Shown piece by piece: positions 8,301 to 17,716 of a stretch of 50,137 bases of DNA (position 1 is its first letter; each line of letters opens with the position of its first letter). Below the pieces are notes generated by a model that was not told the DNA's origin, did not search any database, and worked only from the letters and a program-made list of their open reading frames with translations. This DNA is from Candidatus Woesearchaeota archaeon (lineage in GTDB: Archaea; Nanobdellota; Nanobdellia; Woesearchaeales; JAGVYO01): NCBI GenBank assembly GCA_018303225.1, contig JAGVYO010000021.1, forward strand, positions 1 to 50,137, in the 5' to 3' direction. A program made the position numbers and the translations under genes.

Positions 8301-8834
8301 ATGAAGCACATCACCGAGAAAGAAGCCATTTCTTTATTGAAGAAATATTCTCCAGATGAGCGGGTATTCAAAATTGTTCTTAACCACGTCAAAGCCGTGC
8401 AGAAAAAAGCGCTGGCGATGGCGCAGGGAATTCCCGGATTGGATTTGGAACTGATCAAGATAGGCTCTTTGTTGCACGATATCGGACGGTTCAAAACAGG
8501 ACCCGGGCCGAAAGGCATCCGGCATGGCGTGATTGGCGGTGAGATATTGCGTAAAGAGGGCGTCGGACAATATGCTTCAATTGCGGAATGCCATATCGGA
8601 GCAGGAATTAGGAAAGAGGACATTGAGAAACAGAAGCTGGATCTGCCGCTGAAGGATTTCATCCCTGAAACAAAGGAAGAAAAGATTGTTGCGCAGGCGG
8701 ACAATTATATCTTCGGTGACAAAGAGGCACCGTTTGAGAAGGTTCTGGAGCGGTTTGAGAAAGAGCTTGGCCACGATTACGCGGAACGCGTCAAAAGGAT
8801 GCAGAAAGAGATTGACGGGATGAAGGAAGAATAA
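8301..8834 (+). CDS. HDIG-domain metal-dependent phosphohydrolase.
   Basis: Contains LLHDIGRF (HDIG motif), ECHIGAGI, and a conserved D in AQADNYIF. Confidence 0.8.
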   Translation: MKHITEKEAISLLKKYSPDERVFKIVLNHVKAVQKKALAMAQGIPGLDLELIKIGSLLHDIGRFKTGPGPKGIRHGVIGGEILRKEGVGQYASIAECHIGAGIRKEDIEKQKLDLPLKDFIPETKEEKIVAQADNYIFGDKEAPFEKVLERFEKELGHDYAERVKRMQKEIDGMKEE

Positions 8835-8847
8835 ACAATATCTGCTA

Positions 8848-9135
8848 CTATACCCCCAGCATGGCCCTTAATTCCTCGCTGGGCTGCCAGACAGGATCAA
8901 AGGTGACTTCCACCCGGACGTCTTTGACGCCGTTCAATTCGGCGATTTTCTGCTGGATCTCGCTGACCAGCATGGGACCGTACGGGCAGGCCATGGAGGT
9001 GAAGGTCATTTTTACGAATACTTTGCCTTCGTCCACCTTCACTTCGTATATCAAGCCTAAGGTCCAGACGTCCAATTGGATCTCGGGGTCTTCTACCTTC
9101 TTCAATACCTCAATCACGTTGTCTTTGGTAAGCAT
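8848..9135 (-). CDS. DUF59/MIP18-family Fe-S cluster assembly protein (SufT/PaaD-like).
   Basis: The 95-aa product contains VEDPEIQLDVWTLGLIY...MTFTSMACPYGPML..., typical of the DUF59 family. Confidence 0.75.
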   Translation of the reverse strand: MLTKDNVIEVLKKVEDPEIQLDVWTLGLIYEVKVDEGKVFVKMTFTSMACPYGPMLVSEIQQKIAELNGVKDVRVEVTFDPVWQPSEELRAMLGV

Positions 9136-9164
9136 ATGGATAAAGACAGATACGACTTCTTAAA

Positions 9165-9361
9165 AATGTATCGGTTAAGAACAAGAATATTAAATTTCTG
9201 GAGGGAATATTGGAAGAAACTCTTTATTAGTGCGAATGACGCAATAGAGAAGGATTCTTTTTTCTCTGCGGTTAGGCTCATTACAAAAATTTCGGCACGA
9301 AATTTTTGGGATAGTCGCTTTCGCTAAAGAAAATAATTTTTTGATGCGCAATTCTTTTTTT
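9165..9361 (+). repeat. Modular intergenic repeat, copy B.
   Basis: Shares the ttaagaacaagaatat, aatgacgcaatagagaa, CAAAAATTTCGGCACGAAATTTTTG (9284-9308) and tcgctttcgctaaagaaaataattttttgatgcgcaat modules with copy A. It lacks the ggcgcatt...tttttatagcg module. Confidence 0.8.
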
Positions 9362-9430
9362 GATTTCATTTTTATTAAGGTTGCATTCCAGTTCTAAAAT
9401 AGCAAAGAATAAAAACCGAACCTTCATGCT

Positions 9431-11965
9431 ATGCCGTGGATGATGGACAATAAGCAGATTAAAGAGGACCTCAAGAAGAAGAGTTTCAAGGAGCCTGAAA
9501 AATATTACCCCACCAAGGCCCTGAGCGAACTGGGCTACCGATTAAACCATTGCAAGAGCTGCAAGCGTATCTTCTATTCCATTGAAAAAAGCGACCTTTG
9601 CGGCGACCCGGTCTGTTCGGGCGGCTTCCGGTTCATAGGCAACACGCCGGCCAGAAACAAACTGGATTATATCGAAGCATGGAAGACATTTGCGGCCATC
9701 CTCAAGAAAAGAGGTTATACCGAGATTCCCCGGTATCCGGTCGTTGCACGATGGCGGGAAGACGAGTATTGGGTCGGCGCTTCGATCTACGATTTCCAGC
9801 CGTATGTGGTAAGCGGCGAAGTCGAACCGCCTGCAAACCCATTGGTGGTGCCGCAGTTCTGCATGCGCTTCAACGATGTGGATAACATCGGCATCACAGG
9901 CGCGCATTACAGTTGCTTCATCATGCAGGGCCAGCATGCCTTTGTCCCGGCCAAAGACTACAACAAAGACCAATACCTGAAAGACCTGCACGAATGGTTC
10001 GTGAAAGGCATCGGTGTCCCAAAAGAAGAATTGTTCATCCAGCCGGACTCGTGGGCCGGCGGAGGCAATGCGGGCGTAAGCCTGGAATTCTTTTCCCGCG
10101 GCCTGGAGATCGCAAACCAAGTGTACATGCAGTGGGAAGCCACCCCAACTGGCTTGAAGGATCTCAGTATAAAAGTGCTGGATATGGGCCAGGGCCAGGA
10201 ACGAGTGGCATGGTTTTCCCAGGGGGCCTCCACCAGCTACGAAACGACGTTCCCTGCGGTCTGTAAGAAGCTATATGCTGCGGCAGGCATCAAGGCAGAC
10301 AAAGAGCTGATGAAAAGGTTCTTACCGTATGCCTCCTACCTGAACATCGATGAAGTGGAGAACATTGACAAGGCATGGAAAAGTGTAGCAAATAAAGTAG
10401 GTATCGGAAGCGCTGAACTGAAAAAGCAGATACTGCCGCTGGCAGCCCTCTATTCCGTTGGCGAGCATGCGAGAGCATTGCTGGTCGCGCTCTCGGACGG
10501 TGCATTGCCTTCCAACGTGGGCGGCGGCTATAACCTGCGCATCATACTACGAAGAGCATTGTCATTCATCGACCAATACCGGTGGAAACTAGACCTGAAG
10601 GACATCTGCGATTGGCATGCGGCTTATTTGAAACCATTATTCCCTGAACTGAGCGAAAGCCTGGAAGAAGTGCACAAGATTCTGGATGTCGAGAGGGAAA
10701 AATACAATGCCACCAAGGAGAAATCCCGGCAGATTGTGGAACGGCTGCTGAAAGAGGAGATCACCGAGCAAAAACTGCTCCAATTGTACGACAGCCAGGG
10801 CATTTCCCCTGAATTAATCCGGGAAGAGGCTGCTAAACTTGACAAAAAGGTGTCGGTGCCTGAAAATTTCTACTCCATGGTCTCGGAACTGCACGAGAAG
10901 AAAGAGCAGGTGCACGCCACCGCACGGGAAGAGAAGCTGGATCTGAAGGACGTGCCGGCCACAGAAGCGCTGTATTTTGATGACTACCTGAAAACCAGCA
11001 ATGAAGGCAAAGTGCTGAAGATCATCGGAAATAACGTGGTCTTGGATAAGACTGTAGCCTATCCCACTTCGGGCGGGCAGGTCCATGATGTAGGTATGAT
11101 CAATGGACAACTTCTGGTAGCGGTGTTCAAACAGGGGAACGTGATTGTGCATGCCCTAAAAGACAAGCCTTCTTTCAAGGTTGGCGATAAGGCAAAGGTA
11201 GAGGTGGATAAAGAGCGACGAAAGCAATTGGCCCAGCATCATACAGCCACCCACATCATCAGCGCCGCGGCCCGGAAAGTATTGGGAAATCACGTGAACC
11301 AGGCGGGCGCAAAAAAGACCGTGGAGAAGGCGCACCTGGACATCACCCATTATGAGAATGTTTCTGACGAAGAACTGAAAAAGATTGAGGAGGAAGCCAA
11401 CAAGATTGTGAAAAAGAAAATTGTAGTAAATAAATTCTTCCTGCCCAGAAACGAGGCAGAGAAGAGATACGGTGTCCGGATTTACCAGGGTGGAGCTGTA
11501 CCCGGCAAAAAACTACGGATTGTGGAAATTGAAGGCACAGATGTGGAATGCTGCGGTGGCACGCACCTGAACAATACGTCCGAAGCCGATGAAATAAAGA
11601 TTCTGAAATCCTCCAAAATACAGGATGGGATCGTCCGTTTGACTTTTACAGCCGGAAAGGCCCTGCAGAAAGAGCAGAAAGCCTCCAGCGGAATATTGGA
11701 AGAGGCTGCCAGACTGCTGGACGTGAAGCCCGATGAGGTGCCGGCAAGGGCGAATGAGCTGTTCGAGAAATGGAAAAAAGCCCGGAAGGCCGCCAAGAAA
11801 GGCGACAGAATGGACGCCAACGAATTGAAATTGACGGCAAAAGAACGATGGGAAGGCGATCCGCTGGCGAAAACAGCCGAAGTGCTAAGCACCCAGCCGG
11901 AGCATATCATCAATACGCTGAAGCGGTTCCTGAATGAATTGGACGGTTTCAAGAAAAAGTCCTGA
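9431..11965 (+). CDS. alaS: Alanine--tRNA ligase, archaeal type.
   Basis: 844 aa. Has an N-terminal Cys cluster (CKSCKRIF...CGDPVC), the editing-domain motifs HHTATHII and CCGGTH, and a class II core. Confidence 0.9.
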   Translation: MPWMMDNKQIKEDLKKKSFKEPEKYYPTKALSELGYRLNHCKSCKRIFYSIEKSDLCGDPVCSGGFRFIGNTPARNKLDYIEAWKTFAAILKKRGYTEIPRYPVVARWREDEYWVGASIYDFQPYVVSGEVEPPANPLVVPQFCMRFNDVDNIGITGAHYSCFIMQGQHAFVPAKDYNKDQYLKDLHEWFVKGIGVPKEELFIQPDSWAGGGNAGVSLEFFSRGLEIANQVYMQWEATPTGLKDLSIKVLDMGQGQERVAWFSQGASTSYETTFPAVCKKLYAAAGIKADKELMKRFLPYASYLNIDEVENIDKAWKSVANKVGIGSAELKKQILPLAALYSVGEHARALLVALSDGALPSNVGGGYNLRIILRRALSFIDQYRWKLDLKDICDWHAAYLKPLFPELSESLEEVHKILDVEREKYNATKEKSRQIVERLLKEEITEQKLLQLYDSQGISPELIREEAAKLDKKVSVPENFYSMVSELHEKKEQVHATAREEKLDLKDVPATEALYFDDYLKTSNEGKVLKIIGNNVVLDKTVAYPTSGGQVHDVGMINGQLLVAVFKQGNVIVHALKDKPSFKVGDKAKVEVDKERRKQLAQHHTATHIISAAARKVLGNHVNQAGAKKTVEKAHLDITHYENVSDEELKKIEEEANKIVKKKIVVNKFFLPRNEAEKRYGVRIYQGGAVPGKKLRIVEIEGTDVECCGGTHLNNTSEADEIKILKSSKIQDGIVRLTFTAGKALQKEQKASSGILEEAARLLDVKPDEVPARANELFEKWKKARKAAKKGDRMDANELKLTAKERWEGDPLAKTAEVLSTQPEHIINTLKRFLNELDGFKKKS

Positions 11966-11980
11966 AGTTTCCGTTTTCTA

Positions 11981-12145
11981 CAGGCTCAAAAGAAAAAAAT
12001 GGCGCATTGGCAAATAAAGCCTTTTTTATAGCGACTAGGGGAAATCAGCAAAAATTCCGGCACGGAATTTTTGAGTTGGCCGCTATCGCTAAAAAATCTT
12101 TTTTAATGCGTTTTTTGAGCGAAAGCTTTTTAAACGCACAATATC
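11981..12145 (+). repeat. Modular intergenic repeat, copy C.
   Basis: Shares aaaaatggcgcattggcaaataaagccttttttatagcg, the palindrome CAAAAATTCCGGCACGGAATTTTTG (12049-12073) and a cgctaaaaaatcttttttaatgcg-like module. The palindrome differs from A/B by a paired change (TTTCG/CGAAA to TTCCG/CGGAA). Confidence 0.75.
12127..12134 (+). promoter_or_regulatory. TATA box candidate (TTTTTAAA) upstream of the Leu-rich leader ORF.
   Basis: Centred about 31 nt upstream of the ATG at 12162, which implies a leader of only a few nucleotides. Confidence 0.4.
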
Positions 12146-12161
12146 TTCCTACCGAGTTACA

Positions 12162-12224
12162 ATGGCAACGAATTCCTTAAACCTTAACCAATTGATGATT
12201 TCCTTACTTCTATTGCTGCGATAG
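12162..12224 (+). CDS. Candidate leucine-rich leader peptide upstream of leuABCD (MATNSLNLNQLMISLLLLLR).
   Basis: Hand translation: atg gca acg aat tcc tta aac ctt aac caa ttg atg att tcc TTA CTT CTA TTG CTG cga tag. Eight of 20 codons are Leu, including five consecutive Leu codons that are all different. The ORF lies 100 nt upstream of leuA. Confidence 0.55.
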   Translation: MATNSLNLNQLMISLLLLLR

Positions 12225-12252
12225 GTTCCGATCTTTTTATCAAGGTCGAACC
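12224..12252 (+). promoter_or_regulatory. An 11-bp hairpin (one bulge) that begins at the last base of the leader stop codon and contains a T5 tract. A second hairpin follows at 12256-12273 with TTTAATT after it.
   Basis: GGUUC-C-GAUCUU (12224-12235) pairs with AAGGUC-GAACC (12242-12252). CATTG (12256-12260) pairs with CAATG (12269-12273). Confidence 0.45.
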
Positions 12253-12324
12253 GCCCATTGTTTCCAGCCAATGTTTAATTAAACCACCCAACATGTCACC
12301 CAACACGTACGGAGGAACGGCATC

Positions 12325-13860
12325 ATGAAACATATCAGAATATTTGACACCACATTAAGAGACGGCGAGCAGAGCCCGGGCGCCAATCTGACGCCGGCCG
12401 AAAAGCTCATGATCGCAAAGCAGCTGGAGAAGATGAATGTGGACATCATCGAAGCCGGCTTCCCCATCTCGTCCAAAGGCTCTTTCGAGGCAGTCGAAGC
12501 CATCGCCAAGGAAGTGAAAAAACCCGTCATATGCGCATTGGCACGGACCAATAAGGAAGACATCGATGCGGCCTGGAACGCGATCAAGCACGCCAAGAAG
12601 CCGCGCATCCACGTGTTTGTGGCTACCTCACAGATCCATATGGAGCACAAGCTCAAGAAATCGCCGGAGGAAGTCATCAAGATGGCCTCCGAGGCGGTGA
12701 AATACGCCAAATCGTTCTGCGAGGACATTGAGTTTTCGCCGGAGGATGCATCGCGCAGCGATATCGATTACATGTGCAGGGTCATCGAGGCTGCCGTGGC
12801 AGCTGGTGCAACGACCATCAATATCCCAGATACCGTGGGCTATGCGCATCCGGATGAGTACGGATCGCGCTTCAGATATGTGCAAGAGAATGTCGCCAAT
12901 ATCAAGGGCGCCATCTTAAGCGCCCACTGCCATAATGATTTGGGCCTGGCTACGGCCAATTCGCTGGCGGCCATTGAAAATGGGGCTACGCAGATTGAAG
13001 GCACGATCAACGGCATCGGCGAACGGGCCGGAAACGTGGCGCTGGAAGAGGTCATCATGGCCCTGAAGACACGAAAAGACTATTATGATGCAGACACGGC
13101 CATCAATACCAAAGAGATTTTCCGCACCAGCCGGATGGTCTCCAAATTGACGGGCATGCCGATCCAGTGGAATAAGGCCATTGTCGGAAGAAACGCATTT
13201 TCCCACGAAGCCGGCATCCACCAGCACGGCGTATTGTCATACAAGAAGACCTATGAAATCATGTCCTCGGAAGACATCGGTTGGGAAGGGGAGAATATCG
13301 TCTTCGGCAAATTGTCAGGAAAACATGCTGTGGAAGATGTACTGAAGAAAGCGGGCATCACCCTGAACAAGGAACAGGTGCTGCAGGTGACGGCCAAGAT
13401 CAAAGAGCTGTCGGACAAGCAGAAACAGATCGAACAGAGCGACGTGATAGCCTTGGCATTGGATACGCTAAACCAGCTCAACGAAGGGGAAGAGATCATA
13501 AAGCTGGATGAATGGAGCGTGTTGACCGGCAATAAGATCACACCCAGTTCAACCGTCGGATTGACCATTGACGGTGAAAAGAAAGTAGGCACGGCCGCCG
13601 GCGTCGGACCGGTGGATGCAGCTTCGAATGCCATCAAATCTGTGATCGGGCCGTTCATCCACCTCAAGGAATACAACCTGAAGGCCATCACCGGCGGAAC
13701 GGATGCGCTGGCCAGCGTCAGCATCAAGCTGGAAGACAATCAAAGGAATGTTTTTGTCTCAGAGGCTGTAGAACCGGACGTGATTATGGCCTCGGTGAAA
13801 GCCATTATCAAAGGCGCCAACAAAGCCCTCGTTTTCAAGAAAAGGCACAAAAAGGAGTGA
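12325..13860 (+). CDS. leuA: 2-isopropylmalate synthase.
   Basis: Contains [26 protein letters not shown], and a C-terminal LeuA dimer/regulatory domain. GGAGG lies 8-9 nt upstream of the ATG. Confidence 0.9.
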   Translation: MKHIRIFDTTLRDGEQSPGANLTPAEKLMIAKQLEKMNVDIIEAGFPISSKGSFEAVEAIAKEVKKPVICALARTNKEDIDAAWNAIKHAKKPRIHVFVATSQIHMEHKLKKSPEEVIKMASEAVKYAKSFCEDIEFSPEDASRSDIDYMCRVIEAAVAAGATTINIPDTVGYAHPDEYGSRFRYVQENVANIKGAILSAHCHNDLGLATANSLAAIENGATQIEGTINGIGERAGNVALEEVIMALKTRKDYYDADTAINTKEIFRTSRMVSKLTGMPIQWNKAIVGRNAFSHEAGIHQHGVLSYKKTYEIMSSEDIGWEGENIVFGKLSGKHAVEDVLKKAGITLNKEQVLQVTAKIKELSDKQKQIEQSDVIALALDTLNQLNEGEEIIKLDEWSVLTGNKITPSSTVGLTIDGEKKVGTAAGVGPVDAASNAIKSVIGPFIHLKEYNLKAITGGTDALASVSIKLEDNQRNVFVSEAVEPDVIMASVKAIIKGANKALVFKKRHKKE

Positions 13861-15269
13861 TGATGGGAGAAAACCTGTTCAACAAGGTATGGAAACTGCA
13901 TTCGGTACGGGAATTGCCTTCTGGCCAGACGCAGCTCTTCATCGGGCTGCATTTGATTCACGAAGTTACCAGTCCGCAGGCCTTCCAGATGCTGCGGGAA
14001 CGCGGTGAAAAGGTAGTGTACCCCGGGCACACATTTGCTACTGTGGATCATATCGCACCCACGGACGATCAAACACGGCCTTTCAAAGATCCGCTCGCGG
14101 AGCAGATGATGAAAGCCCTGGAGAAGAATACCAAAGAATTCGGCATCAAACTTTTTGACATGAAAAGCCAGAAGCAGGGTATCGTGCACGTGATCGGGCC
14201 CGAATTGGGGATTACGCAACCGGGCATGACCATCGCGTGCGGAGACAGCCATACGAGCACCCACGGCGCTTTCGGTGCTGTCGCTTTCGGCATCGGAACA
14301 AGCCAGATACGGGATGTCTTGGCTACCCAATGCCTGGCGATGGCAAAGCCCAAGGTGCGCCGCATCAACGTGACAGGAAAACTCGGAAAGGGGGTGTATG
14401 CCAAAGACGTGATACTGAGCATCATCCGCAAATTGGGTGTCAAAGGGGGCATTGGATACGCGCACGAATACGGCGGCGAAGTGCTGGAACGGATGAGCAT
14501 GGAAGAACGGATGTCCATCTGCAACATGAGCATTGAAGGCGGCGCACGGGCAGGCTATGTGAATCCCGACCGGACCACATTCGATTACATCAAAGGCCGT
14601 GAGTTTGCACCGAAAGGGGCGGCTTTTGAAAAAGCAGTCGACTGGTGGAAATCCATTGCTTCGGACAAGAATGCTAAATACGATGATAGGGTTGAATTAA
14701 ATGGGTCTAAGCTAGAGCCCACTATCACCTGGGGCATCAATCCCGGACAGGCAGTTGGCATCTCGGAGAATTTTCCCGAGGTAGGAGAGCTGCCGGAAGA
14801 TCAGCAGAATACAGCCAGGGAAGCTTACGAGCACATGTCGTTTGAACCGGGAAAGCCTGTCGCGGGGACTAAAATTGATGTGGCGTTTATCGGTTCGTGC
14901 ACCAACAGCCGCATCTCAGATTTGCGGGAAGCGGCTAGGATCGTGAAAGGAAAAAAAGTCGCGAAAGGTATCCGCGCACTGGTGGTGCCGGGCTCGCAGC
15001 AGGTCAAGAAGGCTGCGGAGAAAGAAGGTCTTGACAGGATATTCAGCGAAGCAGGCTTTGAATGGAGAGGAGCGGGCTGCTCCATGTGCTTAGCGATGAA
15101 CCCGGACAAGCTGAAAGGAAGGGAGATATGCGCCTCTTCCTCCAACCGGAATTTTAAAGGCCGACAGGGAAGCGCCACCGGCAGGACCATCCTGATGAGC
15201 CCGGCCATGGTGGCTGCGGCAGCATTAAATGGAAAGCTGGTGGATGTGAGGGATCACCTGCCCAACTAA
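13860..15269 (+). CDS. leuC: 3-isopropylmalate dehydratase large subunit (long, about 470 aa form).
   Basis: Carries the aconitase-family motifs CGDSHT, GSCTNSR and CSMCLAMN. The start overlaps the leuA stop (gTGATGatg) and AAAGGAG lies just upstream. Confidence 0.9.
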   Translation: MMGENLFNKVWKLHSVRELPSGQTQLFIGLHLIHEVTSPQAFQMLRERGEKVVYPGHTFATVDHIAPTDDQTRPFKDPLAEQMMKALEKNTKEFGIKLFDMKSQKQGIVHVIGPELGITQPGMTIACGDSHTSTHGAFGAVAFGIGTSQIRDVLATQCLAMAKPKVRRINVTGKLGKGVYAKDVILSIIRKLGVKGGIGYAHEYGGEVLERMSMEERMSICNMSIEGGARAGYVNPDRTTFDYIKGREFAPKGAAFEKAVDWWKSIASDKNAKYDDRVELNGSKLEPTITWGINPGQAVGISENFPEVGELPEDQQNTAREAYEHMSFEPGKPVAGTKIDVAFIGSCTNSRISDLREAARIVKGKKVAKGIRALVVPGSQQVKKAAEKEGLDRIFSEAGFEWRGAGCSMCLAMNPDKLKGREICASSSNRNFKGRQGSATGRTILMSPAMVAAAALNGKLVDVRDHLPN

Positions 15270-15270
15270 A

Positions 15271-15891
15271 ATGAGCCAAAACCTAAATGTCAAAACCGTA
15301 AAAGGGCGTGCCCTCCCGCTGACCGGGGATGATATTGATACAGACCGGATCATTCCGGCGCGCTACCTGAAGTGCGTGACGTTTGATGAGCTTGGGCAGT
15401 ATGCCTTTTACGACGAACGCTTCAGGGAAGACGGCACGAAAAAGAACCACCCGTTCAATGACCCGCGCTATAAGGGTGCTTCCATCCTGATCGTGAATAA
15501 AAATTTCGGCTGCGGCTCTTCGAGGGAGCATGCGCCGCAATCGCTGATGCGGTTCGGGATCAACGGCATCATCGGCGAGAGCTTTGCAGAGATATTCGCG
15601 GACAACTGCACCACACTCGGCATTCCGGTGGTCGTCGCCCAGAAATCGGACATAGGGAACCTGATGAGCGTGGTGAAGGACGATCCGGCCTGCGAAGTAA
15701 GAATCGACCTCGAAAGCAAGGAAGTGTGCTATGGGGATTTCAGCATACCTGTCCACCAGCAGGAATCCTCACGCCGGGTGCTTGTCGAAGGGACATGGGA
15801 CTCCATGGCAGTGCTGAAAAGCGCGGCTGCAGAGACGAAACAATTGGCTAACCGATTGCCTTATCTGAAGGGATTCCAGGAGGATGCATGA
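15271..15891 (+). CDS. leuD: 3-isopropylmalate dehydratase small subunit (long, about 206 aa form).
   Basis: Contains the GCGSSREHA motif. It starts 1 nt after the leuC stop. Confidence 0.9.
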   Translation: MSQNLNVKTVKGRALPLTGDDIDTDRIIPARYLKCVTFDELGQYAFYDERFREDGTKKNHPFNDPRYKGASILIVNKNFGCGSSREHAPQSLMRFGINGIIGESFAEIFADNCTTLGIPVVVAQKSDIGNLMSVVKDDPACEVRIDLESKEVCYGDFSIPVHQQESSRRVLVEGTWDSMAVLKSAAAETKQLANRLPYLKGFQEDA

Positions 15892-16955
15892 AAACGTACA
15901 AGATAGCGGTATTGCCAGGCGATGGCATCGGGCCGGAGATCATGAAGGCAGCGCAAACCGTATTGGATGCTGTAAGCAGGAAATTCAACGTAGAATTTAA
16001 TTATACCGAAGCGGATGTAGGGGGAGTTGCCATTGAAAAACACGGCACGGCACTTCCCAAAGAGACGGTAAAAATCTGCGAGAATTCGGATGCCATCCTC
16101 TTCGGGGCAGTAGGCGATCCCCGGTATGACGACCTGCCGCCGGAAAAGAAGATCGAGCCCGTGGCGCTGCTGGGGCTGCGGAAGCATTTTGATCTGTTCG
16201 CGAATCTACGGCCTTCGTTCCTATATCCTTTCCTATACAGGACTTCCCCGCTGAAAGAATCCATCGTGAAAGAGGGATTCGACATCCTCATTGTGCGCGA
16301 ACTGACAAGCGATGCATATTTCGGGAAGAAGGTCCTGAAAGAAGATATGGGATCGGACGAGATGCTGTACCGGAAGCCCGAAGTGGAGCGGATTGCGAAA
16401 ACAGCGTTTGAGGCAGCGCGGAAACGAAAGAAATATGTGACCTGCGTGGACAAATCCAATGTGCTCTCCTCCAGCATTTTGTTCCGTCGAACGGTTACCG
16501 AAGTGGCGAAGAAGTATCCCGATGTAAAACTGGATTATCTCTTCATCGATAATGCCACCACGATGATCATCAAAAGGCCCAAGGATTTTGATGTGATGGT
16601 CACCACCAACATGTTCGGCGATATCTTAAGCGACGAAGCCGCGATGCTCAGCGGCAGCCTGGGCATGCTGCCTTCGGCCTCCATCAACGAGAAGGGCTTC
16701 GGGATGTACGAGCCTGCAGGCGGTTCTGCGCCGAAAATGGCCGGAAAAAATACCGCCAACCCGATTGCGCAGATTTTGTCGGCAGCCCTGATGCTGCGGC
16801 ATTCCTTTAAGATGGAGAAGGAAGCCCAAGCCATTGAATCGGCTGTCCAGAAAACCCTCCACAAATACCGGACCAAAGACATCATGGAAGAAGGGATGGA
16901 GCAAGTTGGCACGAAGGAGATGGGCGAAAAGATTGCGGAGAATATCGGCAGATAG
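15888..16955 (+). CDS. leuB: 3-isopropylmalate dehydrogenase.
   Basis: Contains NMFGDILSDEAAMLSGSLGMLPSAS. It has an ATGA overlap with leuD. Confidence 0.9.
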   Translation: MKTYKIAVLPGDGIGPEIMKAAQTVLDAVSRKFNVEFNYTEADVGGVAIEKHGTALPKETVKICENSDAILFGAVGDPRYDDLPPEKKIEPVALLGLRKHFDLFANLRPSFLYPFLYRTSPLKESIVKEGFDILIVRELTSDAYFGKKVLKEDMGSDEMLYRKPEVERIAKTAFEAARKRKKYVTCVDKSNVLSSSILFRRTVTEVAKKYPDVKLDYLFIDNATTMIIKRPKDFDVMVTTNMFGDILSDEAAMLSGSLGMLPSASINEKGFGMYEPAGGSAPKMAGKNTANPIAQILSAALMLRHSFKMEKEAQAIESAVQKTLHKYRTKDIMEEGMEQVGTKEMGEKIAENIGR

Positions 16956-16957
16956 CC

Positions 16958-17716
16958 TTATTTCTTCCTCATTATTTTTTCCACCACATCCAGCGTGTAG
17001 AGGATCATCGCCTCGGTCTGCGCTTTGGAGGGATAGAAAGACTGCTGCTTCTTGTGCACGGAAAAGATGCGCACCTGGTTCACAAGGTGAATCTGCTGTG
17101 TCAATCCTGGATCGAGGGAGACGTTGTTTTCTTCCAGCTTGGCAATGATCTTCCCGAGGCCGATGCCGGGAGTTTTTTCGAGCATATCATTGCCCGTCAC
17201 TTCAAAATATTTGCGGTGCAAAGCCGTCTCCAATAGCCGGCCGCAGAGGATAATGGCGCTGCGGTAGCAGCCTGCTGCAAAGCATTTCTCCAGCTCCACG
17301 GCATCTGCTGTGATGTCTTCGCGGATCTCGGCAGGAAGGTCTTTGGCGGTTATGGAAAAACGGACCGCGCCTTTCTCTGTTTCAAGCTGGCCAACGGTTT
17401 CCAACATAAAGTCCACCAGGGGAACCATGGCTTCTGGATTTTTGTTTAGGTAATGGCCGTTCAACACGTCAAACGCACTCTGAAGCGCTGCTGCCACCTT
17501 TTTATTCGAATCGCTCTTTAACTGGCCCAGTTGGCTCCATTTTTTCTGCAGATCTTCCATGCTTTTGCGATAGACGGAGAGATAGTACTGATGCTTCTTT
17601 TCTTTGTAATCATAAAGAGAGGCCTCTTTCTTCTGCGTCACATCCACATTGTTCTTGATGATGTGATCTATGGCGGACTGGAGGTTCTGCAGGGCGCTGA
17701 TAAGCTCGGCTTTCAT
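16958..17716 (-). CDS. Hypothetical protein with an N-terminal coiled-coil region and a C-terminal DUF4145-like domain.
   Basis: The C-terminal segment AVELEKCFAAGCYRSAIILCGRLLETALHRKY...LGKIIAKLEEN...IHLVNQVRIFSVHKK matches the DUF4145 pattern from memory. The preferred start is ATG 17716, which forms an ATGA overlap with the nreA stop. The ORF-track start is 17746. Confidence 0.55.
   Translation of the reverse strand: MKAELISALQNLQSAIDHIIKNNVDVTQKKEASLYDYKEKKHQYYLSVYRKSMEDLQKKWSQLGQLKSDSNKKVAAALQSAFDVLNGHYLNKNPEAMVPLVDFMLETVGQLETEKGAVRFSITAKDLPAEIREDITADAVELEKCFAAGCYRSAIILCGRLLETALHRKYFEVTGNDMLEKTPGIGLGKIIAKLEENNVSLDPGLTQQIHLVNQVRIFSVHKKQQSFYPSKAQTEAMILYTLDVVEKIMRKK

Noticed and set aside
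13855-13866. A C-box-like GTGATGA that might suggest a C/D box sRNA.
   Set aside because: It is the leuA stop / leuC start overlap. No matching D box (CTGA) with terminal pairing was found, and the same holds for the TGATGA at 12193.
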